A stretch of 64,000 bases of DNA, taken from sequence record MN850647.1. One strand, written 5' to 3'. Shown here one piece after another: positions 28,491 through 39,190 of this stretch (position 1 is the stretch's first letter; each line of letters begins with the position of its first letter). Source of the DNA: Escherichia phage tootiki. A model generated the notes under the pieces. That model was not told the DNA's origin. It saw only the letters and a program-made list of their open reading frames with translations, and made no database searches. A program made the translations under genes and the position numbers.

Positions 28491-29843
28491 TTATTCGTAA
28501 GCCACTGTACCTTTCAAGTCAACATCCAAGATAGCCCCTGCTAAGATACCTGCGAAGGTAACATCTTTCAGGATACGTGCTTTCTTGTCTGCTAAAGCAA
28601 CTTGAGAGGCTTTAGGAACATTAACTGTGTAAGATGACAGGAAGTTTCTGTTGACTGCTCTTTGCAGAGAGGTTTCAATGACTTGACGAATACGGGTAAT
28701 ACCAGTATCATCATAAGTAATCTTACCACCCTTCTGGTTAATTAGCAAGTCTCTCAGAGAAGTTTTCAGGTCTGATTCTAACCAGTCAACACCACGGACG
28801 ATATCAATCCATTCCCCACCAGAAGTAATCCCTCTACGAACCACTGGAACACCACCATCAAGGTCAATAAAGTTACAGTGACGTACATCTAAAGCAGACT
28901 TCTGAATACTTGTCAGAGGTCTCTGATTAGATGGTTGTAGAGAAGCTGCTACGCCAGTTAGCTGAGCATTACCCCAAGCAATTGAGCCTGCATCATATGG
29001 AGCACCATAAGCAATGTATGCCATCTCTGGATAATCTTCTGCTGCTGCGTGATGCCACAAGCAAACTGTACGAGTGTACATATTCTTAGCAAGCTGTGCT
29101 GGAACATCATTTGCACTGGCTAATTCTGTACCTTGTAGGGCTGTTACATCGGAGTTAGCCGTAAAGAAGATTTTCTTACGAGCCTGAATCTCAGAAGCCA
29201 TTGCTAAGACAAACTGTTGAGTTCTGTCTTCTGCTGCAATGAAATACCAGTCAGTAGAGTAAGCTTCGATAGCTGCCAGAGCAGTTGCTGCTGTATCAGC
29301 AGTTGTACTTGCAATATATACAGTCTGTGCTGTGGTTGTTACTTTCACAAAGTCATTATCACCAGCTTTGGTAATAATCATTGTGGCAGAGCCATTGCTA
29401 CCAGTTACATTCACAGAAACCTTATCTTTGATTGTTGGGTCAGCTTCAATCTGTGTTTTAAACTGTTGCAACACTACCTCAGCAGTGTCTGAATCTTGTG
29501 CTGTGTACTGGTATGGTTGAGAAATTCCACCGCCAACAGCTACAGTAATTGAGTAGTCTGTACTTTCGGTAACGGCATCAGGAATTGATACAGTGTACTG
29601 CATAGCGCGTCTACCGATATAAAGCTGAGTTACTTTAGGAGTCTGACTCCAAAGTTGTTTAGCAGCCTTATATGCAGCAGTATTCTCATCGAAATCTTCA
29701 GCAACTTCAGTTAAGGAAGTGTAACCACGCACTCTTTCTTCAAAGTTATCTGTTGAAGCTAAGAATAGTGGCAAACCAAAACCTTCTCTTGTAGTTCCTG
29801 CGGTGTTCAATGTAATATCTACATTAACAATTGGATTCCACAT
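28491..29843 (-). CDS. putative tail sheath protein
   Basis: 450-aa ORF in the sheath-tube-chaperone-tape measure order. Confidence 0.55.
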   Translation of the reverse strand: MWNPIVNVDITLNTAGTTREGFGLPLFLASTDNFEERVRGYTSLTEVAEDFDENTAAYKAAKQLWSQTPKVTQLYIGRRAMQYTVSIPDAVTESTDYSITVAVGGGISQPYQYTAQDSDTAEVVLQQFKTQIEADPTIKDKVSVNVTGSNGSATMIITKAGDNDFVKVTTTAQTVYIASTTADTAATALAAIEAYSTDWYFIAAEDRTQQFVLAMASEIQARKKIFFTANSDVTALQGTELASANDVPAQLAKNMYTRTVCLWHHAAAEDYPEMAYIAYGAPYDAGSIAWGNAQLTGVAASLQPSNQRPLTSIQKSALDVRHCNFIDLDGGVPVVRRGITSGGEWIDIVRGVDWLESDLKTSLRDLLINQKGGKITYDDTGITRIRQVIETSLQRAVNRNFLSSYTVNVPKASQVALADKKARILKDVTFAGILAGAILDVDLKGTVAYE

Positions 29844-30443
29844 TTATTTTACCCCTTTGGAGTCTACATCTAGATGGATAGTATATTCTGGTGGCTCTTG
29901 TCCTTCTTCATAAACCAACTCACCATCAACAATGACACGCTCAATAATACTTCCACGTTCATCCTTCAGGACTGAGTTTTTTACAAGAGTTACAACAAGA
30001 GGTGCAGAATTTTCGAAATCTGTATTGAGATAAGTATAGTCATTCGGGATAGCTCCAGTGTCTAGTACTGTAGCTCCTGTTTCTTCAAGGATTAAATCTC
30101 TGACTGAACTCATCTCTAATCGTTGTTTAAGCTCAAGCATAATACTGTGAGCACCTTTACCATTCACCGTAATTAATACTGGAATCTGAAAAGCAATTCT
30201 GTAGCAAACTACATCATCCTCAACAAACTTATCAAGAACCCAACCATAAGGTGTTGCAGCATCTTGACAATATACGGTAATAAATGGCTGGTCAGGTTTT
30301 AAACCTTTGTCATTTGAGTTATCAGAAGGGTAAGCTCTAATTACATTTGGTCTATTATTTTTATCACGAGCTAGTTTGTGACCAATAACACCCACTAAGG
30401 TTCTAACTAGACCTTTTTCAAGTTCTGCTGTTTCTAACTGCAT
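29844..30443 (-). CDS. putative head-tail joining/tail completion protein
   Basis: Synteny. Confidence 0.45.
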   Translation of the reverse strand: MQLETAELEKGLVRTLVGVIGHKLARDKNNRPNVIRAYPSDNSNDKGLKPDQPFITVYCQDAATPYGWVLDKFVEDDVVCYRIAFQIPVLITVNGKGAHSIMLELKQRLEMSSVRDLILEETGATVLDTGAIPNDYTYLNTDFENSAPLVVTLVKNSVLKDERGSIIERVIVDGELVYEEGQEPPEYTIHLDVDSKGVK

Positions 30444-30819
30444 TCATTTTATCCCTTCTAATAATGATATATTCATAATGGGATGTATGGGCTAATTGCT
30501 GTGACCAATCCATAGTCATAAATACTTCATACTCATGACCATCAATCATAACAATATCAGACTCATTCCACTCTACATCATCTGAAGTTCTAAGTCTATA
30601 TGTGGTATACAGGATTCTTGTATCGGTAAGCCTGATACCTTCCGGTAAAGCAATCTGTGTACCATTCTTTACAGAACCTTTGATATATGGCTGGATATTA
30701 CCTTTACAGTTAACCTCTACAATATCTTGTGAAGCTACCCAATCACCATCATCATTATAATAACCGTCTTCAGAGACTTTACGCTTTACTACAAAGCTGT
30801 GTCTGTTTAAGAGTCTCAT
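30418..30819 (-). CDS. putative head-tail joining protein
   Basis: Synteny. Confidence 0.45.
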   Translation of the reverse strand: MRLLNRHSFVVKRKVSEDGYYNDDGDWVASQDIVEVNCKGNIQPYIKGSVKNGTQIALPEGIRLTDTRILYTTYRLRTSDDVEWNESDIVMIDGHEYEVFMTMDWSQQLAHTSHYEYIIIRRDKMNAVRNSRT

Positions 30820-31298
30820 TTCTTAATACCCTTCTTAGTAGAAATTTTATAAGCAAGGTTATCTCTTAAGTCACCTGTCTCAACAAGAGGTGCGTTAAAG
30901 CCTTTTTTCTTGACTGTGGAAGGTGCGTTAGGAGGGAGGATAGCAGAATTACCAAAACCCCTTTTAATTGCCTTTTGAGCATTCTTTGCAAATGCTTCTA
31001 AGGTATTTGAAGGGTCTGTGTTGAGACTGCTAAGTTGCTTATATAGATTCTTCTTAGTCTGCTCTAACAAGGTCTGTTTGTTTAGCATCATAGTGATTTC
31101 AAACAACCTACGATATACTTTACCAGAAGCTGAAGGAACCCCAATAACTTCTTGTAAATACATTAAAGCAGGATAAGAAAAACCAGAGCTATGTTGACCT
31201 TGTTCTTGAAAATACCCAACTTGAGCATTAGCCGTTTGCAAGTTCTTCATAGCCCCGACTAATTTTGCTCTAGCGGGGTGAATAACCCTTTTAACCAT
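30816..31298 (-). CDS. putative head completion protein
   Basis: Synteny. Confidence 0.45.
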   Translation of the reverse strand: MVKRVIHPARAKLVGAMKNLQTANAQVGYFQEQGQHSSGFSYPALMYLQEVIGVPSASGKVYRRLFEITMMLNKQTLLEQTKKNLYKQLSSLNTDPSNTLEAFAKNAQKAIKRGFGNSAILPPNAPSTVKKKGFNAPLVETGDLRDNLAYKISTKKGIKK

Positions 31299-31747
31299 TA
31301 TTCATCTCGCTCGATAATAAATACGCCATTAACACGGTTGCAGTAATCTCTGCCTTCGTATCTGGCAGCATCACCATATTCTGTGTATTTCTTGACAGAG
31401 CAAGGATTCTGACGACGCATGTCAATATCACACTGATTAATACCACCTGCATAGGGTAGTCCTGAAACAGAGCTTTTAACAAGGTCGTCATAAACAGCTT
31501 TCAGAGACTTGAATCTGGAAGAGTTACGTAAATAAACACCACCAACCTTCTCATCTCCCATCTTGGCTACTTGAAAGAGTAAATATTTAAGAGCTTTGAT
31601 GGCTGCTTTCTTTTCATCCTTTCCAGATTCTAGATAGAACCACTCTAGCACAGACTGTTCAATAAGAATTTCATCATTATTGGTGTCTGTGCAGAGGATT
31701 CTTACTCTATCAAGAGGGTTATTGGCTGGGTCGCCTGTATAACACAT
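31298..31747 (-). CDS. putative head-tail connector protein
   Basis: Synteny. Confidence 0.45.
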   Translation of the reverse strand: MCYTGDPANNPLDRVRILCTDTNNDEILIEQSVLEWFYLESGKDEKKAAIKALKYLLFQVAKMGDEKVGGVYLRNSSRFKSLKAVYDDLVKSSVSGLPYAGGINQCDIDMRRQNPCSVKKYTEYGDAARYEGRDYCNRVNGVFIIERDE

Positions 31748-31768
31748 TCATAACCCTCCTTAAGAATA

Positions 31769-32875
31769 TTATTCGCCTTCAGCATCAGCGCGAACATCTA
31801 CCAGCAACTGAGGACGAGTACAGTATGGCAGCATGTAAGAGTGAGCTTCGAAGTCAATACCTTCGTCACGGTCTTTTTCGTATTCGAATACATACAGTTC
31901 CTGACCAAGTGTATTTGCGTAACCCATCTTAGGACATGGACCGTATGCAACTTCGAAGATGTTGTTAGCTTCACCAAGCATAGATACGTTAGGGAAAGCA
32001 TGACCAACACCAACAGTGTCTGCTACACTATCAATGCTCACCAGAGTGTGAACCTTACCACGCTTGTCTTTGAACTTACCGTTGTACTGGACAAACTTAA
32101 CACCACCGTAGTAGAAGGTGTTCATATGAGCCTGAACGCCGTCAGTACCACCAGTTCTCAGAGAACCAGTAATCTGTTGCCAAGCCAGTGGAGTCTGCTG
32201 TGCAAGATAGGCGTCACGAATCTTAGGGTGCTTAGTCAGTTTGCTGAAGAATACACGGTCAACAACTACGTGAATTTCTTCACCGTTGATTACAGTGCCA
32301 GTCTTAGCTTCGTCTTCCATGTGCATACGCAGTTCTTCAATAGAAGCGTCGATGTCAGCATTAGGGTTGTCAAGGTCGAAGTAAATAGTCTTCTTCTCAA
32401 CGTCGAACTGTTTGTACAGGTCAGCGTACAGAGTACCACGAGCATCAACAACTTTACCCTTCAGAGCTTGCATAAACAGGAACTCACGAGTAATATCAAA
32501 CTTGGTACGAATCTTCATCAGCTTCTTGGCACGTACTACAGCTTCAGTAGTCAGTTCGTTTGCAGTGCCTGGCTGACGTACACCCTGAATCTCATCAGGA
32601 GTAATGCTTTCAACTTCTTTGAAGTACATCATTGGGAAGCTGATTTGACGAACACGCTCAGGTGCGCTAGTCTCTGCTTTACGGCTATCACGGTCTACCG
32701 CATCAAGCAAGCTAACATCCCAATCAGTCAAGTCCATAAGGAAAGTAGTTTGGGTGATTGGTGCTGAACGGAACAGACCTAAGTTGGAAATATACCCATA
32801 AGTATTTGGGATAGACTGGACTTCACCAGTCAGGTCAGCAAGGAAAAATCTGCTTTTTTCAGAATTAGTCAACAT
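31769..32875 (-). CDS. major capsid protein
   Basis: 368-aa ORF directly downstream of the protease/scaffold and decoration genes. Confidence 0.65.
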   Translation of the reverse strand: MLTNSEKSRFFLADLTGEVQSIPNTYGYISNLGLFRSAPITQTTFLMDLTDWDVSLLDAVDRDSRKAETSAPERVRQISFPMMYFKEVESITPDEIQGVRQPGTANELTTEAVVRAKKLMKIRTKFDITREFLFMQALKGKVVDARGTLYADLYKQFDVEKKTIYFDLDNPNADIDASIEELRMHMEDEAKTGTVINGEEIHVVVDRVFFSKLTKHPKIRDAYLAQQTPLAWQQITGSLRTGGTDGVQAHMNTFYYGGVKFVQYNGKFKDKRGKVHTLVSIDSVADTVGVGHAFPNVSMLGEANNIFEVAYGPCPKMGYANTLGQELYVFEYEKDRDEGIDFEAHSYMLPYCTRPQLLVDVRADAEGE

Positions 32876-32908
32876 TGTAAAATTCTCCAGAATGTCTTAT
32901 TATTGTTA

Positions 32909-33286
32909 TTACAGGCCAGTTGGTACGAAATCAATACCTTTAGCAGCCAGAGCTGTCTTGACTGCATCAGCATCAACACCTGATTCAAGAGTAAGCAGGT
33001 CTTTTAGTTCTGCGTCACGGTAAATACCAACGACTTTCAACTGACCATGATAAGATAGTTGTAGGTCTGCGTAGAAGTTAACGATACATACAGAGTCTGC
33101 TTGGGCTTCTTCTCCAGCTTGTACCTTAGTACCATCTGCTTTCAGAACTTCACCTACACGGTATTCTGTTGAAGCAACTGGAGTGTACTCTTTACGAGAG
33201 TGGCCTGTTGGGGTAATCTGTTCCCAAAGAATGATATCATTCAGAGGTTCTCTGTTACCTAACTTAGTAAAACCTTGATATGCCAT
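32909..33286 (-). CDS. putative head decoration protein
   Basis: 125-aa ORF between protease and capsid genes. Confidence 0.4.
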   Translation of the reverse strand: MAYQGFTKLGNREPLNDIILWEQITPTGHSRKEYTPVASTEYRVGEVLKADGTKVQAGEEAQADSVCIVNFYADLQLSYHGQLKVVGIYRDAELKDLLTLESGVDADAVKTALAAKGIDFVPTGL

Positions 33287-33297
33287 TATTGTGTTCC

Positions 33298-34644
33298 TTA
33301 TTTGATAAGAGATTTTAGAGCATTCTGGAGAGCCAGTTTGCGTTGTTCAGCGGTGTCTTCGGAAGCATTTTTAGCTGGTTCTTTTTCTTCTTCAACCAAA
33401 TCAGCTTCGCCGTCATTACCCACTTCTTCCATAGCGTTGGAATGTTCAAGAACAGCACCAGCAGTTTCTTTCAGCTTGGTAATTTCTGATTCTTTTTCTT
33501 CCATTGCAGAAGCATGGGACGCGATAGTTTCATTAAGTTTCTGGTTAGCACCTTCCATAGCATTCATAAACAGAACACTCAGAGGGTTATCAAGACCAGC
33601 ACCTAAAATAGTCGTTGCAGCTTCTTTTGCATCAAACCCAAAAGCTTCAGCAGAAGCAGAAATCTTATTAGTCAAATCTGACAAAGCAGCTTCCTGTTCT
33701 TTAGCTTTCATTTGAGCAACCTGAAGACGCAAAGCTTCTAGTTCTTGCTTTTCTTGTTCAGTCATTTCTTCACCTGAATTGTTAACGTTTAAACTTACAG
33801 GAGCCTCTTCAGAACCTTGTAAGTAATTTAAGAAATCATCTTGAGACATGATTGAGTTAATTAAACCAAGTTCAAGAGCTTCCTGAGCAGAATAAACATT
33901 CGCCTCAGTATTCTTTACAGCTTCTTCAGAGAGATTACGAGATTCGGCTACAAAACCTGTAAAGGTTGCGTAGGTATCATTAATTCTCTTTTGAAGTCTT
34001 TCTTTGCTTTCTTCTGAAAGTGCTTGGAATGGTGAACCCATACCTTTAAACTCACCAGCTTTGATGACGTTAATTGTTACGCCATTCTTTTCAAATGCTT
34101 TAGTTAATTCCTGATGAACCATAATTACACCAATAGAACCAACATCTGCATCTGGTGATGCAATAATTTCTTCAGCAGAAGATGCAAGAGCGTATGCAGC
34201 GGAACAAGCGAACTCATCTACATAAGCAATAATTTTCTTTTGGCCTCTTGAAGCCATGATGTGACGTGCTAATTCAAAGCAACCTGAAGCTTCACCGCCA
34301 CCAGAATCAATGTGCAGAACAATAGTCTTGATTGACTCATCTGCTAAAGCTTCGTCAAAGCCTCTACGCAAACCTTCATAAGAGCTTAATCCACCTGTAC
34401 ACATTGCATCAATGAATGTCATACGATGGGTTAAACCACCCATAATAGGGATAATAGCAATGTCATCTTTTACTTTTAAAAGACTTCTTGCGTCACCTTT
34501 GGGTTTATCAAAGTTTACTGCTGCTTGGACATCACCCAGCAATCTGTTATTCACATAAGTTGCTGCTGAGTGAGCTAATGATTCAGTGGCTAGTAAAGGT
34601 TGGTTGAATAATCTATCAGCAAGTCTGAAGATATTCGAACTCAT
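33298..34644 (-). CDS. prohead protease (S49/ClpP-like) fused to scaffold-like coiled-coil domain
   Basis: S49/ClpP-like core IVLHIDSGGGEASG...YVDEFACSAAYALASSAEEII; C-terminal half is charged and helical. Confidence 0.7.
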   Translation of the reverse strand: MSSNIFRLADRLFNQPLLATESLAHSAATYVNNRLLGDVQAAVNFDKPKGDARSLLKVKDDIAIIPIMGGLTHRMTFIDAMCTGGLSSYEGLRRGFDEALADESIKTIVLHIDSGGGEASGCFELARHIMASRGQKKIIAYVDEFACSAAYALASSAEEIIASPDADVGSIGVIMVHQELTKAFEKNGVTINVIKAGEFKGMGSPFQALSEESKERLQKRINDTYATFTGFVAESRNLSEEAVKNTEANVYSAQEALELGLINSIMSQDDFLNYLQGSEEAPVSLNVNNSGEEMTEQEKQELEALRLQVAQMKAKEQEAALSDLTNKISASAEAFGFDAKEAATTILGAGLDNPLSVLFMNAMEGANQKLNETIASHASAMEEKESEITKLKETAGAVLEHSNAMEEVGNDGEADLVEEEKEPAKNASEDTAEQRKLALQNALKSLIK

Positions 34645-34655
34645 TTTTACTCACC

Positions 34656-34988
34656 CTATTTGTTTAAATCTACAGAGACTGAAGAGATAACATAAATACC
34701 TTCTTCAGCAAAGAATTGAGGTTTGCTAAGAGCACCAGTTGCCACGCATTTATCGTTAGCATCCCACAAGCTATAGTGTGAGACCGTTGCAGAAGCTGGG
34801 ACAGTAATGTTAACTGTGTCTTCTGAGGCAATTAAGCCATTATCCGGTTCAGAAAAATAAATAGCCACTGGCTGAGTAACCTTATTTGCTGTAGGGTCTG
34901 CCGTTGGGTCTACATTGTGTAAAATAATAGTCGTTGGGGTTAGCGTGGCGAGGATTTTATTCTTACCATCAATAGTTAATGTTCCCAT
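34656..34988 (-). CDS. hypothetical structural protein
   Basis: Synteny. Confidence 0.45.
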   Translation of the reverse strand: MGTLTIDGKNKILATLTPTTIILHNVDPTADPTANKVTQPVAIYFSEPDNGLIASEDTVNITVPASATVSHYSLWDANDKCVATGALSKPQFFAEEGIYVISSVSVDLNK

Positions 34989-35488
34989 TAATTAAACCTT
35001 ACTTTTTGTTTAAGGACTGTTGAATGGTTACCAGATTCATCTACCACATTTACAATCATATCATAAACTTTACCTTTGACAAGTACTTTGTAATCATTTT
35101 GTGAAAAAATGTACTCAAGTCTGTTTGTTTCTTTATTAACTGTCATTGGAGATTGAAATGCAGTGTCGAGGGTAATGAAAGCGGCTTCAATGCTATTAAC
35201 ATTGATACGTTTATTCTCGCAGTTATATAACTTTACACCCAAAAGGCATGAACTGTCAAATGGAATTTTAACAATTTCACTACAATTTCCTGAAATAAAC
35301 GGTTTTCCACTCATTGGTGCATCAAGTAACCTGCAAATAGTGAAAACGTCAGAGGCTCCACCATCACTTACATAACCTGAAAGGCTGACCCTTGAGCCAG
35401 CCTCTACAGATAATTTGTCAGTGATAATAAGAACACCTCTATACGAATGCACTCGTGTAGCATTTGAAATAGAGATAACTTCAGCCAT
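34988..35488 (-). CDS. hypothetical structural protein
   Basis: Synteny. Confidence 0.45.
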   Translation of the reverse strand: MAEVISISNATRVHSYRGVLIITDKLSVEAGSRVSLSGYVSDGGASDVFTICRLLDAPMSGKPFISGNCSEIVKIPFDSSCLLGVKLYNCENKRINVNSIEAAFITLDTAFQSPMTVNKETNRLEYIFSQNDYKVLVKGKVYDMIVNVVDESGNHSTVLKQKVRFN

Positions 35489-36963
35489 TATTTATTTGCC
35501 TTATTTGCTGTGCTTGGGTCTTTTGCTGAAGGTGTCTTTGCAGTACCTTCTCCAGCGGTCTTATAACCATCTCCTGAACGGCTTTGGCTATTTGGAGAAA
35601 GCTTTTCAGATACTGGCTGAGACTCATCAGCAGGAGGAAGACCAATATGCTCTCTAAGCTTGTTAGATAGCTCTTTGTCAACTTCCAAAGCACCTACTGC
35701 AACAGTCTTCTGAATATAAGAACCAATTGCTTCAAGGTCTGGAGTTTCGATATCATCATATGTGATTTGCACATGTTCTTCATCATCCCACATATTAAGA
35801 GCATAAGTCTGTGCAACTAAATCACGGTTAATTACATTCTTAATTTGCTTCAGCAGGATATCTACTGACATCGCTAATAAGCTTGTCTTAGAATCTGCAA
35901 GAGAGAATGAACCATATTTTGACTGACCCATAGCAAGAACATCTGACATAAATGCCATCATAATCTGCTTGGAATATCTGTCAATAATAGAACCTGTGTC
36001 GTATGCTTTAGCACCCTGTCTAGAGACTAATGAGAACTCAAAAATATCCTCTTTAGTATCTGGGTCGATATATCTAGGCCAGATTAAACCTGCTCTGTCA
36101 TTTGCAATCATATCATTAACAACAGTTTTGCAGTATTGTACGAAAGCTTTCTTTTCAGGTTCTGCATTCTCATCCAGATAGTCCGGTGGTAAACCAATCT
36201 TTGGCATACCAACCAAGTCTCTTGAAACACCAACAGCTTCGTACTCTTCAATCTGTACTTTATATTTCCACGGTACATAAGCATTAAGTAATGGTGAACG
36301 ACCTTCTGGGTTTCCATATTCATCGTCATACTTGAACAGCATGAATTTAGCTCGTGGAAGTTTTCTTGTTAGTGGTCTTTCTCCAAGATTAATTGCTCCA
36401 GCAATATGTGAAACATTTCTCAGATTCTGTCTAACACCAGTAACTTTTCTAAAGTCTTCGTCAAAATACCACTTATCAAGTGTTGATTGGTTTCTGATTG
36501 GTAATTTAGCCCATCCAATTAGACCATCATCAAATTTTGACTGGTACTTTCCTTTTTTACCCTGACGCTTCTTATAAACTTTCTCGTTAACACAGAACCC
36601 ATAAGTGCAGAATGACATTACAGAGTTAATAAAATCTGCCCAATCATGCTCCATGTCATCCATTAAAGAATTAAAGAAGTCTGCTCTTTCAAGCATTTTA
36701 GGGTCTTGCTCTTTTCCCTTTGGAGGTACGAATCTCCAGTTGACTTTTCTGACAAACATCTTAATAATATTTACAGATGCTGCTACAGCAGGGTCACGCA
36801 TCATTAATTGGAAAGTTTTAATACTTTCAGGGAACCTTAGTGCCTGACGAGGTTCTTCATAGATTCTTCCATTCTTAACCTTCAGACCCAAAGAACCTAC
36901 TTCACCCATTCTAAATGGTGGTAAGCTTTCTTGTGTTTCTGTAATTTCTGCCATTCTTCTCAC
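35488..36963 (-). CDS. portal protein
   Basis: 491-aa ORF immediately downstream of the large terminase. Confidence 0.7.
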   Translation of the reverse strand: MRRMAEITETQESLPPFRMGEVGSLGLKVKNGRIYEEPRQALRFPESIKTFQLMMRDPAVAASVNIIKMFVRKVNWRFVPPKGKEQDPKMLERADFFNSLMDDMEHDWADFINSVMSFCTYGFCVNEKVYKKRQGKKGKYQSKFDDGLIGWAKLPIRNQSTLDKWYFDEDFRKVTGVRQNLRNVSHIAGAINLGERPLTRKLPRAKFMLFKYDDEYGNPEGRSPLLNAYVPWKYKVQIEEYEAVGVSRDLVGMPKIGLPPDYLDENAEPEKKAFVQYCKTVVNDMIANDRAGLIWPRYIDPDTKEDIFEFSLVSRQGAKAYDTGSIIDRYSKQIMMAFMSDVLAMGQSKYGSFSLADSKTSLLAMSVDILLKQIKNVINRDLVAQTYALNMWDDEEHVQITYDDIETPDLEAIGSYIQKTVAVGALEVDKELSNKLREHIGLPPADESQPVSEKLSPNSQSRSGDGYKTAGEGTAKTPSAKDPSTANKANK

Positions 36964-36970
36964 CTAGCTA

Positions 36971-38587
36971 TCAACGTCTAAGCCCCTCATATGGGTTTCC
37001 TCTCACTAAGTCTGTGTGAGCACCCATTGATGGTGGCTTGAATAATTTAACTTCGTTAAGACTGTTGAAAGCATCACTGGTAGCATCCACTTGGTCATCT
37101 TTAGTTTTACCATCACCACAAAAACCTTCAAGTTCTTGAAAGTAAGCTTCGTTCCAACTGCCTCTCAAGACTTTTACAAGTCCAGCTTCAGAAGCAGCAG
37201 AAAATCCCGCAAAGCGGGTAACTTTATCTTTATTTGTTGGTTTAGCTCTTGCGCGATAACCTTTCTCGGCAAGTTTCCTGATGAGGGATGTTGCATAGGA
37301 TTTACCAGCAGCGCCTGGGTCTTGAGGGATAAAAATACCAGTTCGCTTACCGTCACTTTCAGCAGTCAAATTAATTTGTGTTTCGACTCCAGAGGGTCTA
37401 TCTCTAAATCTTACTACATCAATGATATAATAGCAACCGTCTTTTTTAGATTTACCCATCTTAACACCCGCTGTCCAGTCTGGGTTAGGGTTAATTTCAG
37501 ATGGTAAAGTCGCTGCTAAGTCCCATGCTCTGACATCAAACACATCTTCTGGGAGTGAATCAACAATCTCACACCATTGTCTTTGCCAATAGTTTGAACC
37601 TTCTGCACGAGCCTTCCAGTTACCGAAACGAAGTCTTGCAACGTTTACAGGTGTGTTGTTTTCCAACTTACCACGATATTTAGGCTCTAAGAAGTCAAGA
37701 ATTGGGTTATCATCAATCGTACCAGAGATGAAGGTGTATGTCTGAGGAATCTCAAGAGGGAACATTTCAAGAATCTTGTCTCTCTCCCAATCAGAAACCA
37801 TCACACCATCATTCATAACATACCAACGAATACGACCACACTTCTCAGGGTCTGGGTAACCTTCTTCATCTAAGAATGGCTCTACCCAATCATAAATGAA
37901 GTGGTCTCTGTCTGGGTTCATAGAAATCTTCATGTATGAATCGCCTTCAGCACCAGAACGTAGACGGGTCTGTAGGTATGAAATCTGTGAAGCAGAGAAG
38001 TGTGTACCTTCGTCAAAGTAGATAGCTGAGTATTCAATACCCTGATGACCTTCAGCGTGCTTTTCAAGTTCTAAGTAGGTGAACTTAATAGTTGCCCCAG
38101 AAGGGAACGTGATAGTCATCTTCTGCTCGTGAGGAACCCCACCAAACTTACCAAATAGTTTCTTTGCAGCAGGCCATAAACCACCTTGTAACTGTGTTGT
38201 ATTTCGACGGAAATATACAGCATTATAGTTAGGGTCTTCAATAAACCTTAAAGAGTCCATTAACAATGCAGCAGTTTTACCAGCACCAGCAGCACCACCA
38301 TAGAGTACCAAGTCAGCATTAGTGTTTAAAAAGACCTCTTGAGAACCCGGCTGAGGGGCTACATAGTTCTTATCAGTCATCAACTTAAAGATAAGGCGAA
38401 CTTGGTCTGGTGTGTATCTTAATAAAGTCAGAATTTGAGTTGGAAGGAATTTAGAGGGGTCTTTACCGAATGATTTGATAATTTCTTTTACTTCATCAGA
38501 AAGCCCCAACTCTCCAGCTAGGACTTTCCTAACATCTTCCACTCGCTTCTGCTTAACAGCATTTAAATCCATTAAGCGCCTCCGCAA
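36971..38587 (-). CDS. terminase large subunit
   Basis: Walker A YGGAAGAGKTAAL, Walker B-like IYFDEGTHF, C-terminal nuclease-like acidic motifs. Confidence 0.85.
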   Translation of the reverse strand: MRRRLMDLNAVKQKRVEDVRKVLAGELGLSDEVKEIIKSFGKDPSKFLPTQILTLLRYTPDQVRLIFKLMTDKNYVAPQPGSQEVFLNTNADLVLYGGAAGAGKTAALLMDSLRFIEDPNYNAVYFRRNTTQLQGGLWPAAKKLFGKFGGVPHEQKMTITFPSGATIKFTYLELEKHAEGHQGIEYSAIYFDEGTHFSASQISYLQTRLRSGAEGDSYMKISMNPDRDHFIYDWVEPFLDEEGYPDPEKCGRIRWYVMNDGVMVSDWERDKILEMFPLEIPQTYTFISGTIDDNPILDFLEPKYRGKLENNTPVNVARLRFGNWKARAEGSNYWQRQWCEIVDSLPEDVFDVRAWDLAATLPSEINPNPDWTAGVKMGKSKKDGCYYIIDVVRFRDRPSGVETQINLTAESDGKRTGIFIPQDPGAAGKSYATSLIRKLAEKGYRARAKPTNKDKVTRFAGFSAASEAGLVKVLRGSWNEAYFQELEGFCGDGKTKDDQVDATSDAFNSLNEVKLFKPPSMGAHTDLVRGNPYEGLRR

Positions 38588-38593
38588 ATAGAA

Positions 38594-38794
38594 TTATTCA
38601 GAGTCTGTAGCAGTCTCTTCTTTCTTAACTTCGAACTTTGCATCAACAGCATCAAGAAGTGCATCCATAGATGCCTCTTTAATATCAATACCTGTTGCTA
38701 CAGACAATCTGTCTGCAATTGCCATGATAGTATTCTGCATAAATTCTAGCTTCTTATTAGCTTCATAAAGTTCTTTATAAACGGTCTCGCTCAT
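38594..38794 (-). CDS. hypothetical small protein
   Basis: 66-aa ORF immediately upstream of the terminase. Confidence 0.45.
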   Translation of the reverse strand: MSETVYKELYEANKKLEFMQNTIMAIADRLSVATGIDIKEASMDALLDAVDAKFEVKKEETATDSE

Positions 38795-38915
38795 TATGTT
38801 TTCTCCAAATAGTTAACCATGTTTCCCCTTAAAAAAGACGGCACAGAGACCGTCAAGGAGAAACCACAATGTACGTCAGAGACATACTGTATAAGTCTTC
38901 TTATAAAGTATAACT

Positions 38916-38980
38916 CTGTAAAAAAGCCCTGTCTAAAAATACTCTTCGGTAGCGAAAGGAAGAATACTTATAGCAGGGCA
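38916..38980 (-). terminator. putative rho-independent terminator downstream of the tRNA array
   Basis: Long imperfect hairpin closed by GCCCTG/CAGGGC, followed on the minus strand by a T-run. Confidence 0.45.
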
Positions 38981-39016
38981 TTATTATTATTTTAATTGAG
39001 AGAGAGTAAAATAAAT

Positions 39017-39092
39017 TGGAGAATCCGAAGGGACTCGAACCCTTATAAACCTGTTCTGCAGACAGGTACATATCCATTTCTGTCACGGATTC
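39017..39092 (-). tRNA. tRNA-Cys (anticodon GCA)
   Basis: Cloverleaf by eye: acceptor GAATCCG/CGGATTC, anticodon stem CCTGT/ACAGG, loop CTGCAGA, T-loop TTCGAGT, CCA encoded. Confidence 0.7.
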
Positions 39093-39096
39093 AAAT

Positions 39097-39189
39097 TGGA
39101 GGAAGATACCAGACTTGAACTGGTACACCGATTTCTCAGCTACTGGCAGTTTAGCAAACTGCTCCCTTACCTTTTAGGGTTAATCTTCC
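39097..39189 (-). tRNA. tRNA-Ser (anticodon GCT), long variable arm
   Basis: Acceptor GGAAGAT/ATCTTCC, anticodon loop TTGCTAA, 21-nt variable arm, T-arm ACCAG-TTCAAGT-CTGGT. Confidence 0.7.
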
Positions 39190-39190
39190 A

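Noticed and set aside
31841-32767. 308-aa plus-strand ORF
   Set aside because: Lies entirely antisense to the major capsid gene; composition is low-complexity with no RBS or motif, so it is most likely a shadow ORF
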